Shown here in pieces: positions 17,685 to 27,913 of a DNA stretch of 64,000 nucleotides. A program made the translations under genes and the position numbers. The notes beneath the pieces were generated by a model. That model had not been told where the DNA came from. It ran no database searches and saw only the letters and a list, made by a program, of their open reading frames with translations. Numbering within the stretch: position 1 is the first letter of the stretch; every line of letters starts with the position of its first letter. Source of the stretch: Candidatus Doudnabacteria bacterium (GTDB taxonomy: Bacteria; Patescibacteriota; Doudnabacteria; UBA920); assembly GCA_963768175.1 (NCBI GenBank), contig CAVYGQ010000001.1:190305-254304 (forward strand), in the 5' to 3' direction.

Positions 17685-20444
17685 ATGTCTTTTTTAACAA
17701 ACTTTTTTAGCGGCGACAAAAATCCTTTGGAAAAATATTCCAAACAGCTGGATTTGGTCAATCAATATAAAGATGAAGTTGCGGGGCTCTCCCAAGAAGC
17801 GATGAAAGAAGAGATCGCAAATTTTAGGACGGAAATTGCCAAACTGGAAACTGATAAAGAAATTTTCGCCCGGCTTAAAGAAATCGCGCCGAGGGTTTTT
17901 GCGCTAGTACGAGAAGCCGCGAAAAGATCCATCTCCCAATTCCACTACGACGTTCAGGTAGCCGGCGGTTTTGCGCTGGCTGAGGGAAAAATCGCGGAAA
18001 TGAAGACCGGTGAAGGTAAGACTTTAGCCGCGACTTTGCCACTAGTGCTTTACGCTTTGGCAGGCAAAGGCTCGCATTTAGTTACAGTTAACGACTATTT
18101 GGCCCGTTGGCAGGCCAGCTTAATGGGGCAGATTTATCATTATTTGGGACTTTCTGTTGCTTCCATTCAGCACGAGGCGTCATTTTTATACGATCCCGAA
18201 TATAAACCCGAGCAGGAAGAAATAGATAAGTTGCAAGGTGAAACCCAAGGTTTGGTTTTAGATGTTAAGCACATGCGGCCAATTTCCAGAAGAGAAGCTT
18301 ACGCGGCGGATATTACCTACGGCACCAATAACGAATTCGGTTTTGATTATTTGCGCGATAATATGGTGCAAAACATCAACCAGCTTGTCCAGCGGGATTT
18401 ATTTTACGCGATTGTGGACGAGGTGGACTCAATTCTTATTGATGAAGCGCGCACGCCTTTAATCATCAGCATGCCGGATACCGAGCCGACCAGCCAATAT
18501 TACGATTTTGCCCGCATGGTTGACCGTTTGGAAGAAGAAAAAGATTACACCGTGGATGAAAAGCATAAAGCCGCAAGCTTGACGGACGAAGGCATAAACA
18601 AAATAGAGGCCGTTTTAAAAATTCCGAATATTTACGACACGTCCAAAGGTGTAACCACCATCCACCATATTGAGCAGGCTGTGCGCGCCCGTGGCCTGTT
18701 TAAGAAAGACCGCGATTATGTGGTGCGCGAAGGGGAAATTATTATTGTGGACGAATTCACCGGGCGGTTAATGTTTGGCCGCCGATACAGTGAGGGCTTG
18801 CATCAGGCCATTGAAGCCAAGGAAGGCGTAAAAATCCAGGCAGAAAGCAAGACCTTGGCCACCATCACTTTCCAGAATTTGTTTAGATTGTATAAAAAAC
18901 TTTCCGGTATGACCGGTACGGCCAAAACCGAGGAAGAAGAATTTTTCAAAATTTACCAGCTTACCGTTGAACAAATCCCTACCAACAAGCCGATGATCCG
19001 GGAAGACAGTCCGGATGTGGTTTATAAAACCGAAACCGCCAAGTTTAACGCTATTGCCCGGGAAATAAAAGAGAGGCACAAAAAAGGGCAGCCGATACTA
19101 ATAGGCACAGTAAGCATCGCCAAAAACGAAATGCTGGCCGAGGTGCTAAAAAAAGAGGGCTTGCAGTTTGAACTCTTAAACGCCAAAAACCACGAACGCG
19201 AAGCGCACATTATTTCCCAGGCCGGCCGCTTGGGGCAAATTACCTTGGCAACCAATATTGCCGGGCGCGGCGTAGACATTATTTTGGGCGGCAACCCTCC
19301 GGACCTTGAGGAACAGAAGGCCGTAATCCAGGCCGGAGGACTTCACATTTTGGGCACGGAACGGCACGAATCCCGCCGCATAGACAACCAGTTAAGGGGC
19401 CGCAGTGGGCGCCAGGGCGACCCGGGTTCTTCCCAATTTTTTGTTTCTATGGAAGATGATTTAATGCGCCTGTTCGGCGGCGAACGGATGAAATCGCTAA
19501 TGACGACTTTGGGCTTACCAGATGAACAGCCTATAGAAGCCAAAATGGTTTCGCGCAGTATTGAATCTGCCCAAAAGAAAATAGAAGGCCTAAACTTTGA
19601 TACCAGAAAACACGTTTTGGAATTTGACGACGTTTTAAACCACCAGCGCAACCATATTTACAAAAAGCGACGTGTATATTTAGGAATTGAATCGATTAAG
19701 CAGCTGGAAAAGAAAACCGATGATAACGAAGGTGAATCGGAAGAAATTAAAGACAAACAAATTGACCTTAAAACCGAAATTCTTGGCTTAGTTCGTAACG
19801 AACTTACCGAATTAGTAGAGTTTAATTTAAATGTAGTGGATGAAAACGGCAACGAACAACGAGATTGGAATAATTTGTTTAAAGCGGCAAATACTATAAT
19901 TCCAGTAACGCCGGAGTTGCAAAAAAGGGCCAAAGCGGAATACGAAAACGCCGCGGACCAGGATTTTGCCGTGGCTGACACGTTCTATAAATCCGCCGTG
20001 GATATGTGGGAAGCCAAAGAAAAGGAGCTTGGTAAAGAAATTTTTGAAGGCGCCCAGCGTTTTGTTGCCCTGCAGGCTTTGGATAATTTATGGATGGAGC
20101 ATTTGGATACCATGGACCATTTGCGCGATTCGGTCAGATTACGCGGTTACGGCCAGCGCGACCCGTTGGTGGAGTACAAAAAAGAAGGTTACCAAATGTT
20201 CCAGACTTTGCTAAAAGAAATTAACAAGCAAATTGTTAACAGCATTTTCCATATTTCGGTAAACGTCCAGCCGCAGCAGCAAAATCAGAATTTGCCAAAT
20301 AATATGATAACTAATTTATCCGATGGCTCATCAGCACCAGGCAAATCATCGTCTGACTCCAAGTACGCTAACGTCGGCCGTAACGACCGCTGTCCTTGCG
20401 GCAGCGGAAAAAAATTCAAGAAGTGCCATGGGAAAAACGTATAG
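17685..20444 (+). CDS. secA: preprotein translocase ATPase SecA
   Basis: EMKTGEGKT, DEVDSILIDEARTPLI, RRIDNQLRGRSGRQGDPG, C-terminal SEC-C GRNDRCPCGSGKKFKKCHG; ATG 17685 chosen as start. Confidence 0.98.
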   Translation: MSFLTNFFSGDKNPLEKYSKQLDLVNQYKDEVAGLSQEAMKEEIANFRTEIAKLETDKEIFARLKEIAPRVFALVREAAKRSISQFHYDVQVAGGFALAEGKIAEMKTGEGKTLAATLPLVLYALAGKGSHLVTVNDYLARWQASLMGQIYHYLGLSVASIQHEASFLYDPEYKPEQEEIDKLQGETQGLVLDVKHMRPISRREAYAADITYGTNNEFGFDYLRDNMVQNINQLVQRDLFYAIVDEVDSILIDEARTPLIISMPDTEPTSQYYDFARMVDRLEEEKDYTVDEKHKAASLTDEGINKIEAVLKIPNIYDTSKGVTTIHHIEQAVRARGLFKKDRDYVVREGEIIIVDEFTGRLMFGRRYSEGLHQAIEAKEGVKIQAESKTLATITFQNLFRLYKKLSGMTGTAKTEEEEFFKIYQLTVEQIPTNKPMIREDSPDVVYKTETAKFNAIAREIKERHKKGQPILIGTVSIAKNEMLAEVLKKEGLQFELLNAKNHEREAHIISQAGRLGQITLATNIAGRGVDIILGGNPPDLEEQKAVIQAGGLHILGTERHESRRIDNQLRGRSGRQGDPGSSQFFVSMEDDLMRLFGGERMKSLMTTLGLPDEQPIEAKMVSRSIESAQKKIEGLNFDTRKHVLEFDDVLNHQRNHIYKKRRVYLGIESIKQLEKKTDDNEGESEEIKDKQIDLKTEILGLVRNELTELVEFNLNVVDENGNEQRDWNNLFKAANTIIPVTPELQKRAKAEYENAADQDFAVADTFYKSAVDMWEAKEKELGKEIFEGAQRFVALQALDNLWMEHLDTMDHLRDSVRLRGYGQRDPLVEYKKEGYQMFQTLLKEINKQIVNSIFHISVNVQPQQQNQNLPNNMITNLSDGSSAPGKSSSDSKYANVGRNDRCPCGSGKKFKKCHGKNV

Positions 20445-20880
20445 TTTTTTAAAGACTGAATTTCTGTTACCGACGCTCCTGTTTATTTTGTTTGAAACGC
20501 TTGATAGTTATATCACAATTATAGGCACACAGGGAGGCAACCAGAATTTTGAAGGTGATTTTATAGTGATATGGTTATGGCAGAGGCTGGGACAATATTA
20601 TTGGACATTGACCTTTATTTGGGTTCCTGTGGCGATTTTTATCGGACTGGCATTTTTTAGATTTATTGACAGGAAAATAGCTCTTATGTGGATGTATTCA
20701 GTTGGTTTTTCACACTTGCTTGGTTTTCTAACATGGACCCATTACGATATAATTAACCGGTTTACCGCAAGTCTAACCAATAACCAGTCGGTGGGGGTAC
20801 TATTTTTCGCAGCGTTTTTGTTAGGCGTATCCGCGACTTTTATCCACATAAAAATTAAGCCAAAATTAATTATTCATTAG
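20428..20880 (+). CDS. hypothetical membrane protein (DUF5658-like)
   Basis: About four hydrophobic helices, LDSYIT..G..EG motif; overlaps the secA stop. Confidence 0.6.
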   Translation: MGKTYSFLKTEFLLPTLLFILFETLDSYITIIGTQGGNQNFEGDFIVIWLWQRLGQYYWTLTFIWVPVAIFIGLAFFRFIDRKIALMWMYSVGFSHLLGFLTWTHYDIINRFTASLTNNQSVGVLFFAAFLLGVSATFIHIKIKPKLIIH

Positions 20881-20888
20881 GAGAAATA

Positions 20889-21155
20889 ATGCCCAACGAT
20901 TATCTGAAAAAAGAACCGTCTAAAACCGAAAAATTTATGTATGAACTGGCGGTACACCAGCAGCAGCTGGAAAACCAGACTTTTTCCAATTCCATGACCG
21001 TTTTAGCGGTGGCTTTGGCTTTGGGGGCGGACGCGCAAAAAATTGCCAAGTTCTTAACAACCGATGAAGAAAAAATCAAGGAATTTGGTAAAAGCATAAA
21101 TGAAGCCATAGCCAAGTTCAAACCCGCAAAAGAAGAAACGAAAAAGGCAGAATAA
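20889..21155 (+). CDS. hypothetical protein
   Basis: AGGAG RBS, host-like codon usage. Confidence 0.7.
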   Translation: MPNDYLKKEPSKTEKFMYELAVHQQQLENQTFSNSMTVLAVALALGADAQKIAKFLTTDEEKIKEFGKSINEAIAKFKPAKEETKKAE

Positions 21156-21166
21156 TTTTGCTTTGA

Positions 21167-21220
21167 AACAATGGGCACCATTGGATTAAGGCATTGTTCA
21201 GACCAATGGTGCCCATTGTT
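21167..21220. repeat. REP-like palindrome, copy 1
   Basis: AACAATGGGCACCATTGG..CCAATGGTGCCCATTGTT; arms identical to the copy at 54373. Confidence 0.8.
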
Positions 21221-21239
21221 AGCCCTAACTCAAAAAAGT

Positions 21240-21791
21240 ATGTTAAAGTTTATTACCGGCAATAGAACAAAGTTTAAAGAAGTGGCTGTGGTGCTGGCGC
21301 CTGTTAAAATTAGGCAGGTTAACATTGATTTAACTGAAATCCAGGAGCTGGATCCGCGAAAAATCATTGAACATAAATTGCGGGAGGCACTTAAGCACCA
21401 AAAGGGCGAGTTTATTATTGACGACAGCTCTTTATATCTAAAATGTTTTGGCTACAAATTGCCGGGACCACTGGTAAAATGGTTTAACGATACAATCGAA
21501 AGCAACGGCTACGCGGAATTAGTAAAATCTATGGGGGAGAACCGGGCTAAAGCCAAAACGATTATCGGTTACGCTAAAAACTCCAAATCTATTTTGTTTT
21601 TTGAAGGTAGTTTAAGCGGTAAAATTGTTGCGCCAAGGGGAAAATATAATTTTGGCTACGATCCGATTTTTGTGCCTTACGGAAAACGCGAAACTTTATC
21701 GGTAATCAAAGCTAAGGGTAATTTTGCATCCAGCCCGAGAGGAATCGCGGTTTTGAAGTTAAAAAAATACTTGAAAAGCAAATCACATTAG
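21240..21791 (+). CDS. Ham1/RdgB non-canonical purine NTP pyrophosphatase
   Basis: FITGNRTKFKE, EIQ, DDSSL, LPGP, FGYDPIF; ATG 21240 is the likely start. Confidence 0.9.
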   Translation: MLKFITGNRTKFKEVAVVLAPVKIRQVNIDLTEIQELDPRKIIEHKLREALKHQKGEFIIDDSSLYLKCFGYKLPGPLVKWFNDTIESNGYAELVKSMGENRAKAKTIIGYAKNSKSILFFEGSLSGKIVAPRGKYNFGYDPIFVPYGKRETLSVIKAKGNFASSPRGIAVLKLKKYLKSKSH

Positions 21792-21839
21792 TTAACGGCC
21801 GTAATTTAATGTGATTAAACTGTTTTCAGGAATAGACCT

Positions 21840-24401
21840 ATGAAAAATGTCAGATTGCAAACGCACGTCAAGCCGGAAAGATATCAGCTTACCATAAAAC
21901 CCGACTTGAAAGGGTTTGTTTTTGAAGGTGAAGAGGTTATAAATTTGTCTTTAGGGAAACCAGTGCGCGAAATAACCCTTCACGCCAAGGAGTTAAGTAT
22001 AACTAATGTAAAATTCCAAATTTCTAATTTCAAATTTCCAATAAAAAGCATCAAATACAACCAGAAAGCCGAAACGGCTACTTTTAGCTTCGGGCAAACT
22101 TTGCCTAAAGGCAAGGGGGAACTAAGATTGAAGTTTAAGGGAATTCTAAATGATAAAATGCGCGGGTTTTACAGAAGCAAGTATACACACAACGGCAAGG
22201 AAAAACATATTGCCACGACGCAATTTGAGGCCACAGATGCCCGCATGGCCTTCCCTTGCTTTGACGAACCAGCGCACAAAGCGGTATTTGACATAACGCT
22301 GATAGTGCCAAAAGGTTTGGCGGCGATTTCCAATACAATTGAGTCGGAGATTATAGAACATGAAAGCGGCTACAACATAGTAAAATTCCAACCCACGCCA
22401 AAAATGTCAACTTATTTGGTGGCTTTTATAATCGGAGATTTTGAATTTATACAAGGCAAAACCAAAGACGGCGTTTTGGTTAGAGTTTTCGTCACGCCGG
22501 GCAAAAAACATCAGGCCAAATTCGCTTTAAATACCGCTATCCGCTGTTTGGAATTCTACAACGAATATTTTGGGATTTCTTATCCTTTGCCGGCCTTGGA
22601 CTTGATTGCCATCCCGGATTTCAGCCACGGCGCCATGGAAAACTGGGGCGCGGTCACTTACCGTGAATCCGCTTTACTGACAGATCCGGAAAACTCGTCG
22701 GCCTCAAATAAGCAGTGGGTGGCTTTGGTTATCGCCCACGAACTGGCGCACCAGTGGTTCGGCAATCTGGTGACTATGCAGTGGTGGACACATTTGTGGT
22801 TGAACGAAGGCTTTGCCTCTTACATTGAATACTTAGCCATAGACCATATTTTTCCCAAATGGGATGTCTGGACGCAATTTGCCTATAACGATTTGAGTCC
22901 GGCCTTGGAGCTGGACGGCTTAAAAAACACGCACCCAATAGAAGTGGAAGTCCATCACCCGGACGAGATCGGAGAAATTTTTGATGAGATAAGCTACAGC
23001 AAAGGCTCAAGCGTCATAAGAATGCTGGCGGGCTTTCTGGGAGAAAAAGATTTTCGTGATGGACTAAGGTATTATTTAAAAAAACATTCCTATCAAAATG
23101 CCTCAACCGTGCATCTTTGGAGAGCGTTTGAAAAAATTTCCAAAAAGCCGGTGGCTAAAATAATGCAAAATTGGACGGGCAAAGGCGGATACCCGATAGT
23201 GAAAATTGAGACGCTGAAAGACGACAAAAAAAGCTTGGTTGTAAACACAATGCAACAAAGGTTTTTTTCCAGCCCGCTTTCTAAAACCCAGGACAAAACT
23301 TTGTGGCAAATCCCAATAAGCAATCTTTCATCTGCGAATAAAAATCGCGGCTCCCATTTTTTGGCTTCAAAAAGGCAAAAGTTTTTTAGCCCCTGCGTCA
23401 AGTGGCTTAAAATTAACGCCGGCGAAACGGGTTTTTTCCGTACGCAATACGATGGAAATTTGCTGACAAAATTATCCGGGCCAGTTTTTTCCCAAAAACT
23501 CCCGCCAATAGACCGGCTGGGCATAATCCGCGATTTGTTGGCTCTGTCTGAAGCCGGAGAGATGCCTTCCGTAAGGGCACTGGAATTTATGGGCAATTAC
23601 AAAAATGAAACCGACTATACAGTTTGGGTTGAATTGGCCTCGGGCTTGTCCGATTTAAAAAATTTGCTCTATGGGCAAAAATGCTACGGAGAATTTGAAA
23701 AGTTTGCGCGAGAAATATTTACCGGCATTGGCAAAAAATTGGGATGGAAAACCAAAGCCGGAGAGGGTCATACCCGAGGATTGCTCCGAAGTTTGGTTTT
23801 AAACCAGTTAATCGGTTATAATTATCAGCCAGCGATAAAGTCGGGAGTGAAAATTTACAAATCGGCAAAAAATATTCCGGCCGATATTAGGGCCGCGGTT
23901 TATCATGCTAGGGCCGTAACCGGGACGCAAAACGATTATCGGAAATTTATTAAAAGATACCGAAAAGAAAGCTTAAGCGAAGAAAAAAACAGAATTGGCC
24001 GCGCGCTCGGCCAGTTTACTGATATAAAATTGTTAAAAAAATCTTTGAAATTCGCTTTGTCTAGAAATGTGCGCATTCAGGATACGGCGGGAATTTTTGC
24101 CGCAGTTTGGGCAAATCCTAAAGGAAAAAAAATTGCCTGGGAGTTTACAAAAAGGAATTGGGCCACCCTGGTTAAACGTTACCCGCCTTCCAGCCACATT
24201 TTAAACAGGTTTGTCAAAATGACCGCGGGCCTTACAAACACCCAAGAGGCCAAAGAAGTGTCAACGTTCTTTAAACAGCACAAAGCCCCGGGAGCGAAGC
24301 GCGTTATTTTACAGGTTTTGGAAAAAATCTATTCCAATGGCGCGTGGCTCAAGCGCGATTTAAAACATATCGAAACTTGGTTAAATGTTCAAAAACTTTG
24401 A
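21840..24401 (+). CDS. pepN: M1-family aminopeptidase
   Basis: GAMENWG, HELAHQW..WLNEG zinc motif, YSKG, ERAP1-like C-terminus. Confidence 0.95.
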   Translation: MKNVRLQTHVKPERYQLTIKPDLKGFVFEGEEVINLSLGKPVREITLHAKELSITNVKFQISNFKFPIKSIKYNQKAETATFSFGQTLPKGKGELRLKFKGILNDKMRGFYRSKYTHNGKEKHIATTQFEATDARMAFPCFDEPAHKAVFDITLIVPKGLAAISNTIESEIIEHESGYNIVKFQPTPKMSTYLVAFIIGDFEFIQGKTKDGVLVRVFVTPGKKHQAKFALNTAIRCLEFYNEYFGISYPLPALDLIAIPDFSHGAMENWGAVTYRESALLTDPENSSASNKQWVALVIAHELAHQWFGNLVTMQWWTHLWLNEGFASYIEYLAIDHIFPKWDVWTQFAYNDLSPALELDGLKNTHPIEVEVHHPDEIGEIFDEISYSKGSSVIRMLAGFLGEKDFRDGLRYYLKKHSYQNASTVHLWRAFEKISKKPVAKIMQNWTGKGGYPIVKIETLKDDKKSLVVNTMQQRFFSSPLSKTQDKTLWQIPISNLSSANKNRGSHFLASKRQKFFSPCVKWLKINAGETGFFRTQYDGNLLTKLSGPVFSQKLPPIDRLGIIRDLLALSEAGEMPSVRALEFMGNYKNETDYTVWVELASGLSDLKNLLYGQKCYGEFEKFAREIFTGIGKKLGWKTKAGEGHTRGLLRSLVLNQLIGYNYQPAIKSGVKIYKSAKNIPADIRAAVYHARAVTGTQNDYRKFIKRYRKESLSEEKNRIGRALGQFTDIKLLKKSLKFALSRNVRIQDTAGIFAAVWANPKGKKIAWEFTKRNWATLVKRYPPSSHILNRFVKMTAGLTNTQEAKEVSTFFKQHKAPGAKRVILQVLEKIYSNGAWLKRDLKHIETWLNVQKL

Positions 24402-25083
24402 CGATTTTACAAACTTAAAATACGGAATATCGAAAAAATCCGACGGCGCGATGGAATTGGCGGTCGGAGATTTATCGAAAGCAAATAATCGCCGGGTCTA
24501 TTTTAACCGTCAAGGGGTAAATGTTTTAAATACAGTTAATGCCGGGATTGTTCATTCTGCCACGGTCCACAAAGTTGGCGGGGACCATCACGGTAAAACA
24601 ATTTCGGAGACAGACGCTTTGGTAACCGGTGATCATAATTTGTTTCTAACCGTAACCGTAGCCGATTGTTTTCCTGTCTATTTTTACAATCCCGCCTTAA
24701 ACATCATAGGCCTTGCGCACTCCGGCTGGCGAGGGACTGCGGGCAATATAGTCGGACAGGCAGTCCAAACTATTTCCAATAATCCGACAAATTTATTAGC
24801 CGGCATCGGCCCAGGCATCGGCCCTTGCCATTTTGAAATTAAAGATGACGTTTTGAAAAAATTTGCAAGCTATCCGGAAGCCGTAATAAATCGGGGCAAC
24901 AAACTTTTTGTGGATTTACCGATGATTATCAAAAAACAGCTGGTTGTTGCCGGCTTAAAAAGCCAAAATATTGAAAATTGCGGCAAATGCACTTTTTGCC
25001 TAAAAGAAGAGTATTTTTCTTACAGGCGGGATAAGCCAAAAAGTATTGAGACAATGATTGCGTATATCGGGCTACTGTCATAG
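24385..25083 (+). CDS. pgeF: YfiH/PgeF-family peptidoglycan editing factor
   Basis: VH, DALVT, VADCFPV, HSGWRG, GPGIG, FSYRR. Confidence 0.9.
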   Translation: MFKNFDDFTNLKYGISKKSDGAMELAVGDLSKANNRRVYFNRQGVNVLNTVNAGIVHSATVHKVGGDHHGKTISETDALVTGDHNLFLTVTVADCFPVYFYNPALNIIGLAHSGWRGTAGNIVGQAVQTISNNPTNLLAGIGPGIGPCHFEIKDDVLKKFASYPEAVINRGNKLFVDLPMIIKKQLVVAGLKSQNIENCGKCTFCLKEEYFSYRRDKPKSIETMIAYIGLLS

Positions 25084-25275
25084 AGCCATTTTAACATTTT
25101 ATCATACTACCATTTTACCAGAGGTCAAAAAAACCGAACCGCCAAGATGTTAGAATGTTAATATGCTAACATTGATAAAATTACTTGCGCTGTTGCCAAA
25201 ATCCTAAAGTTTGCTATAATATCCAAAGTTACTTAATTACCATTTTCCCCATACAAAACCGATTTTAAAAATAAC

Positions 25276-26763
25276 ATGCATCCAAAGCTTAAACTTTTTT
25301 CTTCACTTTTGGCGATACTGCTCATAGCAGCCGGTGCGGTATGGATAGTATTGCCTCAAGGCAGCAAAATCAGCCTAGAAAGTCTTAAAATACCCTATAG
25401 CCAAAACTATAAAATCCATTTGGGTCTGGATTTGCAGGGCGGTAGCCACTTGGTTTATCAGGCCGATTTTAGCGGCATTAAGCCTGCCGACCAAGCCGAC
25501 GCTTTAAACGCCATTCGCGATACTATTGAAAGGCGCGTCAACAGTTTTGGCGTCAGCGAACCTTTAGTACAGGTTTCCGGAAGCAACCAAATAGTTATAG
25601 AGCTTCCCGGCATAAAAGACATCAACGAGGCCATAAATCAAATCGGACAAACTCCGACGCTGGAATTTAAAACCCAAAATCCTAATCCCCAGCCGGTAAC
25701 CGCATCCGGTACCAGCGTGACTTTAAATGCGGGCGACCAATGGTTATCCACCGGACTTTCGGGCAAACAACTGCAAAAAGCGACTGTAGATTACCAGCAA
25801 GGGCAGACTTTGAGCAGCCAGGTTGTCGTGCGGCTTCAGTTTGACAGCGACGGGGCAAAACTTTTTTCACAAATTACTTCTGCTAATGTTGGCAAACCGC
25901 TCGCCATCTTTCTCGACGGCCAGCTGCTATCCGCTCCCACAGTGCAAAACGCCATAACTGACGGTACGGCCATAATCACCGGTAATTTTACCGTGCAGCA
26001 AGCGAAAGATTTGGCTACCAGACTTAACAGTGGGGCTTTGCCCGTACCTATAAAGCTGATTTCCCAAGAAACCGTCGGTGCGACTTTGGGCAAGGAATCA
26101 GTACAAAAATCCGTGGAAGCCGGTATTATTGGTTTAATCCTGATAGTTTTATTTATGATAATCTACTACCGTTTTCCCGGAGTCCTGGCCACTTTTGCCC
26201 TGTTGATTTATGCCGTAGTGTCGTTCGCGATTTTTAAAATCGGAATTTCGTTTACCGCCGTGGTGTTAGTCGGATTGTTTTTCTTTTTGGGATTAACGGT
26301 CAGCGCCTGGTTCGGGACTTTAGCTTTTTTAAGCTACTTACTGTTGATTTTTCTAAACGGGCTTGCCCCAGTGACCTTAACTTTAGCGGGCATCGCCGGA
26401 TTTATTTTATCCATCGGCATGGCCGTTGATGCCAATATTTTGATTTTTGAGAGGTTAAAGGAAGAAATCCGTTCTGGCAAGGAAATTCACAAAGCCGTTG
26501 AAGAAGGTTTCAAACGGGCCTGGCTTTCCATCCGCGATTCCAATGTTTCCAGCTTAATTACAACCACCATTCTTTATATATTTGGAACTCCTTCCATTAA
26601 AGGGTTTGCCGTAACTTTGGGCATCGGTATTTTAATTTCCATGTTTACTGCGATTACCGTTACTAGGACTTTTTTGCGGGTATTTGTAGGTAATAACATT
26701 GCCACGCATCCGTGGTTATTCGGAGTAAGTAAAATAAAAGAAGTTTCTAACAGTAAATCTTAA
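25276..26763 (+). CDS. secD: protein translocase subunit SecD
   Basis: LGLDLQGG, RRVNSFGVSEP, GMAVDANILIFER. Confidence 0.97.
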   Translation: MHPKLKLFSSLLAILLIAAGAVWIVLPQGSKISLESLKIPYSQNYKIHLGLDLQGGSHLVYQADFSGIKPADQADALNAIRDTIERRVNSFGVSEPLVQVSGSNQIVIELPGIKDINEAINQIGQTPTLEFKTQNPNPQPVTASGTSVTLNAGDQWLSTGLSGKQLQKATVDYQQGQTLSSQVVVRLQFDSDGAKLFSQITSANVGKPLAIFLDGQLLSAPTVQNAITDGTAIITGNFTVQQAKDLATRLNSGALPVPIKLISQETVGATLGKESVQKSVEAGIIGLILIVLFMIIYYRFPGVLATFALLIYAVVSFAIFKIGISFTAVVLVGLFFFLGLTVSAWFGTLAFLSYLLLIFLNGLAPVTLTLAGIAGFILSIGMAVDANILIFERLKEEIRSGKEIHKAVEEGFKRAWLSIRDSNVSSLITTTILYIFGTPSIKGFAVTLGIGILISMFTAITVTRTFLRVFVGNNIATHPWLFGVSKIKEVSNSKS

Positions 26764-26774
26764 CACCAATTAAA

Positions 26775-27668
26775 ATGTTTGACATTTTAAAGTATTACAA
26801 ATTTTTCTTCTGTGTTTCAGGAATAATTTTGCTTTTCGGGATTGTCTCCCTTTCGGTTTATCATTTGAAGCTCGGCGTAGATTTTAAGGGAGGCAGCCAA
26901 GTCCAGCTGCAGTTTAACCAGCCGGTTGATATTACCAAGGTCCAAGATGCCGTAAGATCGCAGAATTTAGGGAATTTTCAGCTACAAACGGCTTCCAATA
27001 ACGGTTTGATAATTGAGACGGAAAGTTTAAACAAAGACCAGCACGACCAGCTATTGGCTAAAATTCAGTCAACAGTGGGAAATTTTACGGAAACCGAGTA
27101 TACCACCATTGGCCCGGTCATTGGCAAACAACTGACGCAAAGCGCTTTTTGGCAACTTTTATTCGTTTCTTTAGGAATTGTTTTTTACATCGGCTACGCC
27201 TTCCGCAAGGTTACCAAGCCTGTTACTTCCTGGCGATTTGGTTGGGCGGCAGTTATCGCTTTACTCCACGACCTACTTTTTGTTTTGGGAGTTTTCTCTA
27301 TTTTGGGACATTTTAAAGGCGTAGAAATAGACAGCTTATTTGTCACCGCCATGCTCACAGTCTTGGGCTTTTCTGTCCACGATACCATTGTGGTTTTCGA
27401 CCGGATTAGAGAAAACTTGAGGGTTTACGCGGGGCAAAGCATTGAGTTTGTGGTTAACCACAGCATCAGCCAAACTTTAGTCAGGTCTTTAAATACCAGC
27501 TTAACCGTTTTGTTTGTTTTGCTAAGCTTACTGCTGTTTGGCGGTGAAACCATTAAATATTTTGTCTTTGCCTTATTTATTGGGATTATTGTGGGGACCT
27601 ACTCATCTATTTTTATCGCAAGCCCTGTGCTTGTGCTTTGGCAAAGGTGGAAAACAAAACAAATATAA
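26775..27668 (+). CDS. secF: protein translocase subunit SecF
   Basis: GVDFKGG, HD, GFSVHDTIVVFDRIRE, GTYSSIFIA. Confidence 0.97.
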   Translation: MFDILKYYKFFFCVSGIILLFGIVSLSVYHLKLGVDFKGGSQVQLQFNQPVDITKVQDAVRSQNLGNFQLQTASNNGLIIETESLNKDQHDQLLAKIQSTVGNFTETEYTTIGPVIGKQLTQSAFWQLLFVSLGIVFYIGYAFRKVTKPVTSWRFGWAAVIALLHDLLFVLGVFSILGHFKGVEIDSLFVTAMLTVLGFSVHDTIVVFDRIRENLRVYAGQSIEFVVNHSISQTLVRSLNTSLTVLFVLLSLLLFGGETIKYFVFALFIGIIVGTYSSIFIASPVLVLWQRWKTKQI

Positions 27669-27913
27669 AGGGATATTAATTAACGTTAAGATATTGAAAT
27701 ATCCAAAATCTTCCTTATTTAAGGAAGATTTTATTTATCTTAAAACATTTGACAATTAAGCTTATTTTATGCTATACTGATATAAATTAACAATACTTAA
27801 TAATTCATAACTAAATATCAAAAATTCTGCATAAGTTATGAATTATCTATTATAAATTATCAGTTATTTAACCCTCGACTTCTTCGCTCGGGGTAAAATT
27901 TTTAGGAAATTTT

